DNA of 64,000 nt, taken from an uncultured Chloroflexia bacterium (GTDB lineage: Bacteria > Chloroflexota > Limnocylindria > QHBO01). The DNA lies in the NCBI GenBank assembly GCA_963720505.1, contig CAVRFT010000002.1, forward strand, positions 205,478-269,477. The letters are read 5' to 3'. Below, one piece after another: positions 50,370 to 62,391 of this stretch. The notes below the pieces were generated by a model that was given only the letters and a program-made list of their open reading frames with translations, was not told where the DNA came from and did no database searches. The first letter of the stretch is position 1. Each line of letters begins with the position of its first letter. The position numbers and the translations under genes are program-made.

Positions 50370-51443
50370 CGGTCCTTCGGGCGCACGCGCGCCAGCATGC
50401 TCCGCGCGCCGCTGCGCCAATCCGCGGCCATGTTGCGCATGCGGTACAGGGTGCGGTCCACCACGATGTCCCAGGTCCCGGCCCAGACCACCGGCCGCCC
50501 ACCGAAGCCCTTCTTGAACAGGCCCACCCCGTACCAGGGATGCTCCGGTGGAGCGTCCTCTGGCGCGATCCCCCACAGGTCGTGGAGCTTCGCTCCGGCC
50601 GCCCGAGCGAAGCGCATCATCGCCATCTGCAGCGCGTACGAGGCGTAGCGCTTCGGCTCCCCCGCACGTTCCCGTCGCGAGCCGGAGAACAGGTAGAAGG
50701 ACCGATCGCCCTCGACCACCAACATGGCGCTGGCCAGCAGCTCGCCCTCGCGGCGGGCCTCGAAGATGGTGGCGCGCCCGGCGCTGGCGAGGCCCCGCCA
50801 CGCCAGCCGGTAGCGCTGCAGCGCGGGCTTGGGGAAGCCCGCCCGGCGCTGCGTCTCGAGCACCAGGGCATGCAGCGCGTCGATCGCCTCCAGGTCGCCG
50901 GCATCGGTCGACCGTGGTGATCACGACACCCTCACGCTCGGCGCGGCGGACGGCGTAGCGCGTGTCCTTGTCGAAGCCCGCCATCAGCGTCTCGTCGTCG
51001 GCCAGCTCCACGAGCCGCGTCTGGCCGACCTGCAGCGTGCGCGGCTCTGGACGGAGCTTGGCGAACAGGCTGGTCGACGCGCTGCCGCGCTCCACGCGCG
51101 GCTCCAGCTTCACGGCGATGGCCCGGTCTCGGCGAGCAGCCTCCCGCAGGCCGATGGCTACTGCCCGCAGCCGCTCGGCGGCGTTCGGATGGTCGTAGTC
51201 CATGACCGGACCGTGCGGCACGTACCAGAAGCTGCGACCCAGCGGCAGCCGCCGGACCTGGGCCGCGACCAACGCCACCAGCTCGCCCTCATCCTCGGCC
51301 ACGAAGCGCCGCTGGGGTTGGCCGTCGAAGGCCGCGACGTCGGCCCAGGACCAGTCGTGCAGGAAGTCGCCGGAGGCGCATCGGCCCAGCAGCTCCTGCC
51401 AGACGGCATGGTCGGCGTTGGTGGCCGGTCGGACCTTGATCAT
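50366..51443 (-). CDS. FemAB-family aminoacyltransferase, paralogue 3 (at least 1 frame break ~50900)
   Basis: The N-terminal half ([41 protein letters not shown]..) is in ORF 49920..52091 from ATG 51443. The C-terminal half (..SFYLFSGSRRE..LFKKGFGGRP..) is in ORF 50366..50863. There is an ATGA overlap with the murJ stop. Confidence 0.75.
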
Positions 51444-53085
51444 GCGGGCGTCCGGTTGCGACGACGCATGAGATTGCGCAGGAGGGCGATCTCCGGCGAG
51501 CGCAGCGCGGAGGCGACCAGCAGGAAGATGGCCGCCCCAGCGGCAACCAGCACCGCGACGACCAGCAGGCGGCTGATGCCGCCGTCCAGTAGGGTGGGCA
51601 GCCAGCTCTCCACCAGCGTCAGCCCGCCCAGCATGATCAGTGCGGCGGCACCCGCCCCCACCGCCGAGCGCGCGGCCGAACGAAGGACCTGGGCACCCTC
51701 GATCGACTCGATCCGGTTGTGCAGCGCCCACAGGAGCCCGATCACCTCCAGGCTGGCGCTGATCGAAAGGGCCAGGGCCAGGCCTTCGACGCCCATCGGT
51801 CCCACCAGCCAGCGCCATGAGCGGCACGTTGATGGCCACCGCGACGATCGCCCACAGCACTGGCGTGCGCGTGTCCTGCATGGCGTAGAAGGCGCGTGTC
51901 AGCACGTGCACGACGATGTGCGCCACCAGGCCGATGGCGAAGTAGGCCAGTGCGTTCGCCGTGAGCACCACTGATTGCTGGCTGAACAGTCCGTACTGGA
52001 AGAAGACCGCGGTGATCGGTTCCGCCAGCACGATCATGGCCGCCGTCAGCGGCGCGGCGATGAAGATCAGGACGCGCAGACTGGTCGCCACCTGACGCCG
52101 GATCTCGCCGACGTGCCCGAGTGCGGCGTCGCGGCTCGATGGTCGGGAAGAGCGCGACCGCCACGCTGACGCCCAGCACGCCCACCGGGATCTGCGAGAG
52201 CTGGAACGCGTAGTTGTAGGCGGTCAGGCTGCCCGCCGGCAGGCCGGAGGCCAGGATGGTGGAGACGATGAAGTTCAGCTGTCCGGCCGCCAGGCCCAGC
52301 ATGCGCGGCCCCATCAGGAAGGCGACCTTGAGCACTCCAGGATGGCGCAGGCCGATGGTCAGGTCGTAGCGCTGCCCGACCTTGCCCAGCTCCGGCAGCT
52401 GGATGACCAGGTGGGCCAATGAGCCGATGGCGACGCCGACCGCCAGCCCTTCCACGCCCATGATCGGCGCCAGGAAGATGGCGGCCAGGATGATGACCAG
52501 GTTGTAGGCGAGCGGCGCCAGCGATGGCACCGCGAACCGCTGGTAGGAGTTCAGGATGCCGCTCACCACCGCGCCCATCCCGATCAGGACCGGCGACAGC
52601 AGCATCACGCGGGTCATGCGGATGGTGAGCTCGGTGGTCGGGGCGTCGAAGCCGGGCGCCACGATGGGCACCAGCAACGGCGCGAAGATCGCCATCAGCA
52701 GCGACAGGCCGGCCAGCGCGATGACGACCAGGTTGATGATGCTGCTCGCCAGCCGCCACGCTTCCGCCTCCTGGCCGCGGGCCCGATAGCTGGAGAAGAC
52801 CGGGATCAGCGCCGCGCTCAGGGCGCCGGCCACCACCAGCTGGAAGATGGCGTCCGGGATGCGGAAGGCGGCGAAGTAGGCGTCCAGCTCCCGGCTGGCG
52901 CCGAACTGGGAGCCGATCACCAGCAGCCGAATCCAGCCCAGCAGCCGGCTGGCGAGGGCGGCGACGGTGAGGATCAGGCTGGCGGTGGCCAGCACGCGAG
53001 CGGTTGACGGGCCAGGTGTCGGGACCTGCTCGGCGACCGGGTCCCCGGAGATGCCCTCCAGCGGAGTCGGCAGGTCCTCCTTCAC
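51440..53085 (-). CDS. murJ: lipid II flippase MurJ/MviN (two frame breaks ~52110, ~51810)
   Basis: The reading starts at GTG 53085, with a GTGA overlap with the xerC stop. ..[31 protein letters not shown].. and multiple TM segments are in ORF 51742..54399. ..[14 protein letters not shown].. is in ORF 49920..52091. The last TMs are in ORF 51440..51805. Confidence 0.85.
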
Positions 53086-54061
53086 CGCGCGCCGCCGGCG
53101 CTGCCACGCCCTGAGCGCGGATGCGCCGAGCGATAGGCGCTGCGCACGGCGGCGTCCGAGAGGTGGGTGTAGATCTGGGTCGTGGCCAGGTTGGCGTGGC
53201 CCAGCAGCTCCTGCACGGAGCGCAGGTCGGCGCCGCCTTCCAGCAGGTGGGTGGCGAACGAATGTCGCAGGGTGTGCGGCGAGGTGCGGGTGGCCACGCC
53301 AGTCGCCTCCACCCAGCGGTCCACGATCATGCGTGCGCCGCGCGCCGTCAGTGGACCGCCGCGCGCGTTGAGGAACAGCGTCGCGGTCGGCGGCGCCCCG
53401 GTGGCGTGCGCCGCAAGCCGCGGGCGGCCCTCCGCCAGGTATGCCTGCACCGCGGCCTGGGCCGGTCGCCCGAACAGCAGCTCGCGCTCCTTGGCGCCCT
53501 TGCCTATCACCCGTAGCCGCCGGCGTGCCACGTCGACCCGGTCGATGGTCAGCGAGGCCGCTTCGCTGATGCGCATGCCGGTGGCGTACAGGAGCTCCAG
53601 AAGTGCCGCGTCGCGGCGGACCAGGGCGTCGGCCGCCGCCAGGCCTATCCCCCTCCGCGTTCTCGGGCCGCGCCGTGCCGGCGCCTCGACCAGCCGCGCA
53701 GCATCGTCGGCGCTCAGCACCCGTGGCAGCCGGCCGGGCCGCCTTGGGGAGCGGACGCCGGCCATCGGGTCGGCATCGATCCAGCCCTGGCGCGCCGCGT
53801 GGCGGTAGAACGAGCGGATCGCGGCCAGCCGACCGCCAACCGTCGAGGCCGCCAGGTGCCGGTTGGCCAGCGAGGCCGAGGTACGCACGCACCGTGGCGC
53901 GATCGGGCCGACGCCAGTCGGTGCCGCCATCTGCCAGGAAGCTGAGGAACTCGGTGACATGACGCCGGTATTCGACGACCGTGCCGCCGGATGCGTTACG
54001 GGCCTCGAGGTGCGAGAGGAAGCGCTCCAGCGCGCCGGCGGCGTCGGCGGAGGGGCCGAGG

Positions 54062-54069
<8 letters not shown>
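53082..54069 (-). CDS. xerC: site-specific tyrosine recombinase XerC (one frame break ~53880)
   Basis: The N-terminus ..[32 protein letters not shown].. is in ORF 51742..54399 from GTG 54069. The catalytic domain ..[49 protein letters not shown] is in ORF 53082..53960. The xerC assignment rests on dprA/topA-linked synteny. Confidence 0.8.
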
Positions 54070-56335
<2,266 letters not shown>

Positions 56336-56345
56336 ACGGTCAGGG

Positions 56346-56351
56346 AGTGTA
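56346..56351 (-). promoter_or_regulatory. candidate extended -10 (TGcTACACT on minus strand) 10 nt upstream of the topA ATG
   Basis: The minus-strand sequence is ..ccggTGcTACACTccctgaccgtATG. No Shine-Dalgarno sequence lies between it and the ATG, which would imply a leaderless or near-leaderless transcript. Confidence 0.25.
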
Positions 56352-56458
56352 GCACCGGGTCTGGGCCGTTCCGGGGTTCAGCGGAGGCGCCGCGCACATG
56401 CCTGCGGGCGCCTCGTGGGCTGCGGTATGACGGCGCGTCCGCCCGGTTGGGTCCTTCG

Positions 56459-58129
56459 CTAGCCGGCGAAGTCCCACACGATGATGACCTTGCCACCGCT
56501 CTGCGCGATGCCCACCCCGAGCCGGTTGTAGTGCGCGCTCAGGATGTTGCCGATGTGGTTTGCCACGCCGGGATAGGGCTCCGACATGAACGTGGCATGG
56601 CACCAATCCAGCGTCCCACGCAGGCCGAGACCGTTGTAGTAGCAGATGTTCTCGCCGGACCAGCTGAAGCTCACCCCTCCGGCCTGCAACCGACCGGCGA
56701 TGGTCGAGCCGTCGCGCCCGGTGTGGCTGAAGTAGCCGTAGTTCAGCATGTCCCAGGCGTGCGCCGAGGCCACCGCCGAGACGGTCGCATCCAGGCGCAG
56801 CGGCGCGAAGCCGTAGTTCGCGCGAGCCTGGTTGACCTGCCACAGGGCGTACTGCTGCATGTCGGCCGGCGCGGCGGGACCCGGTGCGGCAGGACGCGGG
56901 GCGGTGCCAGCCTGCGTCATCTGCTCCGTCGCCGCGAACGAGGGCCGGCGGCGTGCGGAACGTCCAGCTGACGCTGACCGCGTTGCCGTCCTTGTCCTTG
57001 CTGGCCTTGCCGAGGCTGACCTCGATCAGGCCGCCGCGCGGCAACGGCGCGTTGAAGTGGTAGCGCAGCTGCGTGCCGCCGTGCTGCCAATCCACCCGGC
57101 CGCGGATGTGACGCCCAGTGGTCAGGTCCACCACCTTGATGGCGTCCGTCGTGGCATCGGTGTTCATCGGCTGGCTGAAGCGCAGGATCACCTGCTTGGC
57201 CTTTACGTTGGTGGCGTGCCGTTCCGGCGTGAAGCGGACCAGCTCCGCGTCCGCCCGGGTGGTGAACGAGAAGCTGACGTCGCCGCCCAGCCGATTGCCC
57301 GCCCCATCGTGCGCGCCGACCAGGGTGACCGAGTAGCGCGTGTCCGCCTTCAGCCGCCCGCGCGGCGTAAATGTCATCTGGTTGTCGCGCCAGGTGATGT
57401 TGCCGCGGACCCGCGGCTGAATGCTGAAGCGCGCCTCGACATCGGACATGTCCATGGGTGCGGTGAATGAGATCCGAATGCCCGTCCGGGCGCTGGCGTC
57501 GTCCAGCGTGTCGACCGGGGCGTCGATCAGCGGCGTGTCGCCCAGCACCGCGCCATCGGCGATGTCGTAGGCGATGGCAGTGCCCGGCTCCCGTCGATTG
57601 ACCTGCGGCTGTGCGTGGTCCGACAGCAGGCGCACTTCGAACTCGGACACGCTCGGGGCTGTCTGGGTCGTGAAGCTGAGCGCCTTGTCCTCGCCAAGCT
57701 CGGCGCCGTGCGCCAGCCTGGCCGAGGCCGCGACCGTGACCAGGTAGCGTCGGTCCGTCTGCCACCGCGCCGCTGGGCCGCAGCGTGAGCTTGCGGTGAT
57801 CGGCGCTCCAGGTGGTCTGCATCTCGGTGGCGGGACGAAGCACCAGGTTGTCCTCCACCGACGCCGGATCCATCGGCTCGTCGAAGGAAACGACCACCGC
57901 ATCCGGTCGAGGCGACGCCGACACCGATGTTGGCGGGGAGGATTGTGGTTGGGCAAGCGGGGTCCGGGTTCGGACCCGCAACAGCATCCTGGAGGGAGAA
58001 GCCGAGGGCAACGGCGAGGGCGAGACCGGCGAGCGCGAGCCGGGTGATCGCCCGATGCTGTCGAAGGCGAGCGTAGACGCTCGGCTGAGTGGCGCGGACA
58101 GTCGCACCGATTCTTTGGACAGGACTCAA
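56459..58129 (-). CDS. secreted/anchored multi-domain protein: SbsA/Big_5-like Ig repeats plus C-terminal CAP (SCP/PR1-like) domain (at least 3 frame breaks)
   Basis: The N-terminal anchor/signal (..ITRLALAGLALAVALGFSL) is in ORF 57527..58597, with a possible TTG start at 58129. The repeats ..VVVSFDEPMDPASVEDNLVL.., ..IRISFTAPMDMSDVEARFSIQP.. and ..VILRFSQPMNTDATTDAIKV.. are in ORFs 56917..58107 and 56340..58259. The CAP domain (..VNQARANYGFAPLRLD..SAHAWDMLNYGYFSHTG..HYNRLGVGIA) is in ORF 56459..56920. Confidence 0.6.
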
Positions 58130-58248
58130 TAGACCAAGGACTCCTACGGCGTGTTTCACCCAACGGGCACTGTGGGCGGACCACGTGAGGCGCGCGCAGT
58201 ATACCGGGCTGGGCACTGGTTGCGCTCTCCTGCACGTCGCATGCCCGC

Positions 58249-59415
58249 TCAGCGAGCATCCCCGAGCCGGCGCGCGGCGAGCGTCGGATGGAAGGTCGCG
58301 CCGCCGTAGGACGTGACCAGTCCGCGTGCTTCCAGCAGGGTCAGCGCGCTCGCCAGTTCGGCCGTGGAGAGCTCGGTGGTGGTCAGCAGCTCCTCGATGG
58401 AGCCGGGGTGGTTGATCAACCGATAGAGCACCAGTCCCTCCGGATCGGAGAGGGTCTCCACGCCCAGCGGCTTGGCACCCGAGCTCAGGCCGATGGACGC
58501 CAACAAGCCCGGCCGCCGAGGTCACGATGCCTGCCAGGTGATCGGCGATGAGCCGGTTGCAGCCGCGGGAGGCGAGGGAGTCAATCGGTCCGGGCACGGC
58601 GTACAGCTCCCGTGCCGAGCTCGACCGCCGCGGCCGCCGTCAGCAGCGCCCCGGAGTGGTCCGGCGCCTCGACCACCACGGTGGCGCGCGCCAGCGCGGC
58701 GATGATCCGGTTGCGGCGGGCGAAGTCCGGCCGGCCGGGATTGTGCCCGGGGGCCAGCTCGCTGAGGAGCGCGCCGCCCTCGGCCACGAGGCGCGCCGCC
58801 AGCTGCCGGTGCCGCGGCGGGTAGATCCGATCCAGCGGCGAGGGCAGCACCGCCACGCTGCGACCGCCGGCGGCAAGTGCCGCGGCATGCGCCTCGCCAT
58901 CGATGCCGATGGCGAGCCCGCTCACCACCGTCACGCCCGCCCGGGCCAGCTCGTCGGCGATCTCCTGCGGCGGCCGAGCGGCCGTAGCCCGTCGCCCGTC
59001 GCGTGCCGACGATCGCCACCGCCGGCCCGACGAAGGCCGCCGGGTCGCCGGCGCAATAGAGGACCGGCGGCCGCGGATCCGTGACGCGCAGCGCGGCCGG
59101 GTAGCTCGGGATCGACGGCGGTGAGCGTCGACTCCGCCGCTGGCCCGGACCGCGGCCTCCACCTCGCGTGCCACGCTGGTGGCGCCGCGCCGGCGGATGC
59201 GCGCCAGCCCCTCCCTCGCATCCTGCGGCCGCCGCGGCAGGCAGTCCAGCAGCTCATCGCCGGCGGCCCACGCGGCGCGCGCCGACCCGAAGCGCTCCAG
59301 CATGCGGGCGAAGCCGACGCCGCCGACGCCCGGGACCAGCGAGATGGCGATCCAGTACGGGCCGGTCCGCCTCCGCGTCGATCGACTCGAGGTCGAGTGC
59401 CTGCCAGCTGCCCAT
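58249..59415 (-). CDS. dprA: DNA-processing protein DprA/Smf (at least 4 frame breaks)
   Basis: ..YWIAISLVPGVGGVGFARMLERFGSA.., ..AIVGTRRATGYGRS.., ..VVSGLAIGIDGEAHAAAL.. and ..RNRIIAALARATVVVEA.. are present, and a winged-helix C-terminus is in ORF 58249..58506. The pieces are spread over ORFs 58581..59303, 58522..59019, 57527..58597 and 58249..58506. The start is proposed at ATG 59415. Confidence 0.8.
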
Positions 59416-59481
59416 CAGCGCTCGCGGATCCGCGCCGTCGACCCGGTCGGCCGCCCGCGGACCGTGCGCGCCCGACCCCGA

Positions 59482-60987
59482 TCACGCGGCCACCTCCGGC
59501 CGGTAGTGCAGCGCCTCGTCGACGTGCTCCGCCCGAACGTCGTCGATGGCGCCGAGGTCGGCGATGGTGCGCGCCACGCGGGCGACGCGATGCAGCCGCC
59601 GTGGCGAGAGCCGGAACTTGGCGCCGCGCCGCTGCAGAAGGGTTCGCAGATGCGGAGTCGAGCGCCAGCCCGGCATCCCCGCCCGTCGGCGGCAGCTCTC
59701 CATTGGCCATGCCCTGCCGCTCGAGCTGCCGCTGCCACGCCAGCCGAATCCGCTGCGCCACTGTGGCGCTCGGCTCGACGCCGTCCGGGTCCGCGTGCCG
59801 CGGCTCATCGGCCCGCACCCACAGGTCCAGGCGGTCGCGCATCGGCCCCGACAGCCGGCCGGCATACCGTCGCGCCTGACCGTCGTCGCAGCGGCACCGC
59901 CGCGAGGTGGAGGTCAGCCAGCCGCACGGGCACGGGTTGAATGCCATCAGCAGCGTGAAGCGAGCGGGCAGCATCAGCGCGCCCTCGACCCGGGCGATGG
60001 TCACCGCCCCGGCTTCCAGCGGCTGGCGCAGCGCGTCCAGGGCGTCGGTGCGGAACTCGAGCGCCTCGTCCAGGAACAGGATGCCGCGATGCGCCAGCGA
60101 CGCCTCGCCGGGCCGCACGCGCGGCCCGCCGCCGACCAGGCCCTGGGTCGACACGGTGTGGTGCGGCGCGCGAAACGGTCGCTGCCGGATCAGCGGCCGG
60201 CGCCGGTCGATCAGGCCCGGCGGCCGAGTAGATGCGGCTGACCTCGATCGCCTCCGCGTCTTCGAGCGGTGGCTGCAGGCCCTCCGCGCAGCGCAGCAGC
60301 AGTGTCTTGCCGACCCCGGGCGGGCCGCAGACCGCCAGGTTGTGACGCCCCGCCACCGCGATCTCCAGCGCGCGCCTGGCTGTCGCCTGGCCGATGACGT
60401 CGCCAAGATCCGGCACCCCGTCGGGCGGCTGCCAGGGCGGCATGGGCGTCGGCAACCGCGGGCGTCAGCTCCCGAACGCCGGCCAGGTGCGCCACGACAT
60501 CCCCCAGCCGCGGCGCCGGCAGCACGGCGATGCCGGCCACGCAGGCCGCTTCGGCCTCGTCGCCGACCGCGACCGTCACGCTGCCGATGCCGGCCGACTG
60601 CGCGGCGGCCACCAGCGACAGCACGCCATTGACCGGTCGCACGCTGCCGTCCAGCGCCAGCTCGCCGAGCAGCGCCGTCGTCTCGAGCCGGCTCAGGTCG
60701 GGCAGCTGGCCGGACGCGGCCAGGATGCCGACCGCAATGGCCACGTCGTACGCCGTGCCGTCCTTCGGCACGTCGGCCGGCGCCAGGTTGACGGTGATGC
60801 GGCGCGATGGCAGCTCGAAGCCGGAGTTGCGCAGTGCGGAGCGCACGCGCTCCCTCGCCTCCTGCACCTGGCTGCCGGCCAGCCCCACGATGGTCAGCGA
60901 CGGCAGGCCGAAGGCCACGTCCACCTCGACCCGGACCGGCAGGCCCTCCACGCCGAGCAATGAGGCGCTGAGCGTCTGGGCCAGCAT
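59482..60987 (-). CDS. comM: YifB/ComM-family Mg-chelatase-like AAA+ ATPase (at least 4 frame breaks)
   Basis: The Lon-like N-domain ([46 protein letters not shown]) is in ORF 60211..61050. The Walker A ([12 protein letters not shown]) is in ORF 59805..60455. ..[11 protein letters not shown].. and the Zn/Cys cluster NPCPCGW are in ORF 58931..60406. The C-terminus ..[13 protein letters not shown].. is in ORF 59482..59865. Confidence 0.82.
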
Positions 60988-61139
60988 GGGCACTCCGTGG
61001 GGGAGGCGTCGCTGCGGGAAGTGCCGGCCGCCCGCCTGCTCGCCTCCCAAACTCCAGCGGCGACCGGCGGAGACGAGGCTAGGGACGCTCCCTTACCGCG
61101 GGGTTAGGAACGCGTTATCGGGATGCGCCGAACGGAGCG

Positions 61140-62330
61140 TCAGGCGCGGGCGGCGACGACCTCGGCGGCGAGCTGCTCGTCGACCTTCTGCGCGAAGTCG
61201 GCGACCGAGCGGCCCAGGGGTCCATCGGGCCGGGAGGACATGAACGGCTCGCCCGAGTTCAGGGCACTGATCGCGCCGCGATACTCGTTGATGATCTGGT
61301 AGTCGACCTTGCGGTTGAGGGCCGATTCGGCGTTGTTGACGTTGATGCCGGTGTAGGCGTTCGATCGGTTCAGGACCAATTGGACCTTCCCCTTCTCGTA
61401 GCCGAGGTGGTCCATCGTCTCGAGCACCGATCGGACGTTCTTCAGGCAGGACAGGTCGGCGGTCATGATCACGAAGATGACGTCGGCCTCGTCGAAGAGC
61501 TGCAGGTTGAAGTCGTCGATGGTCTTGACCATGTCGACGAAGGTGTAGTCGTACATCTTCCGGAACAGGTTGAGCAGCGTGCTGACGGTGGTCGGATCGG
61601 TCCGCTGCCGCTCCATCACGATGTCGGCTGCCTCTGGCGAGGGCGGTGCCAGCAGCAGGTCCACGCCCGAGTGGTGGTGGACGATCAGCTTGCGCAGCAG
61701 GTCGGCGTCCAGGTCGGGCTCGCTGACGGCGTTGACGATCGAAGCCGTGTCCAGCCCAAGGTCCAGGAACACGCGCAGGTCGCCGAACTGCAGGTTCGCG
61801 TCGATCAGCGCGGTGCGGCGCCGCAGCTCGCGACCCATGGCGATGGCGGTGTTGATGGCGATGGTGGTGGTGCCCACGCCACCCTTGGCGCCGTAGAGCA
61901 CCGCCAGCCGGCCCAGCGTCGTGGCCTCCGCACCGGCCGCCGTGGGCAGGGACCCGCCGCGCGCCAGCAGCGCCTTGATGCGCGCCATCAGCTCCAGCGG
62001 ATGGAACGGCTTGACGATGTCGTCGTCCGCTCCGGCGCGCAGGCCCTTGACCCGTTCGCCGACATCCGCCTCGGCGGTGAGCATGATGATCGGCACGCGC
62101 CGCCCATCGGTCTCCGCGGCACGGATCTGCTGGATGGCGGCGTAGCCATCCAGCTTGGGCATGGCCACGTCCATCAGGATCAGGTCGGGTTGCGAGTCCT
62201 TCGCCATCGCCACGCCGGCCTGGCCGTCCGAGGCGACGATCACCTCGAAGCCTTCCTGCTTGAGGGTGAAGACCAGGACGCGCTGGATGTTCAGGTCGTC
62301 ATCGACGACGAGGACCTTCGTGGCAGCCAT
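61140..62330 (-). CDS. response-regulator receiver domain fused to CpaE/TadZ-type (MinD/ParA-superfamily) ATPase
   Basis: Intact 396-aa ORF. The receiver has KVLVVDDD.., phospho-acceptor context DLILMDVAMPKLDG and ..DDDIVKPF. The ATPase has an atypical Walker A, YGAKGGVGTTTIAINTA (the GK[ST] Lys is replaced), as in TadZ/CpaE. It appears somewhat less GC-rich than its neighbours by eye. Confidence 0.8.
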   Translation of the reverse strand: MAATKVLVVDDDLNIQRVLVFTLKQEGFEVIVASDGQAGVAMAKDSQPDLILMDVAMPKLDGYAAIQQIRAAETDGRRVPIIMLTAEADVGERVKGLRAGADDDIVKPFHPLELMARIKALLARGGSLPTAAGAEATTLGRLAVLYGAKGGVGTTTIAINTAIAMGRELRRRTALIDANLQFGDLRVFLDLGLDTASIVNAVSEPDLDADLLRKLIVHHHSGVDLLLAPPSPEAADIVMERQRTDPTTVSTLLNLFRKMYDYTFVDMVKTIDDFNLQLFDEADVIFVIMTADLSCLKNVRSVLETMDHLGYEKGKVQLVLNRSNAYTGINVNNAESALNRKVDYQIINEYRGAISALNSGEPFMSSRPDGPLGRSVADFAQKVDEQLAAEVVAARA

Positions 62331-62391
62331 GCAAGGACCTTAGCCGCGTGGTGTGTCCGAACGGACAGGCGCGGTGCTGCGCCGGGCGCGA

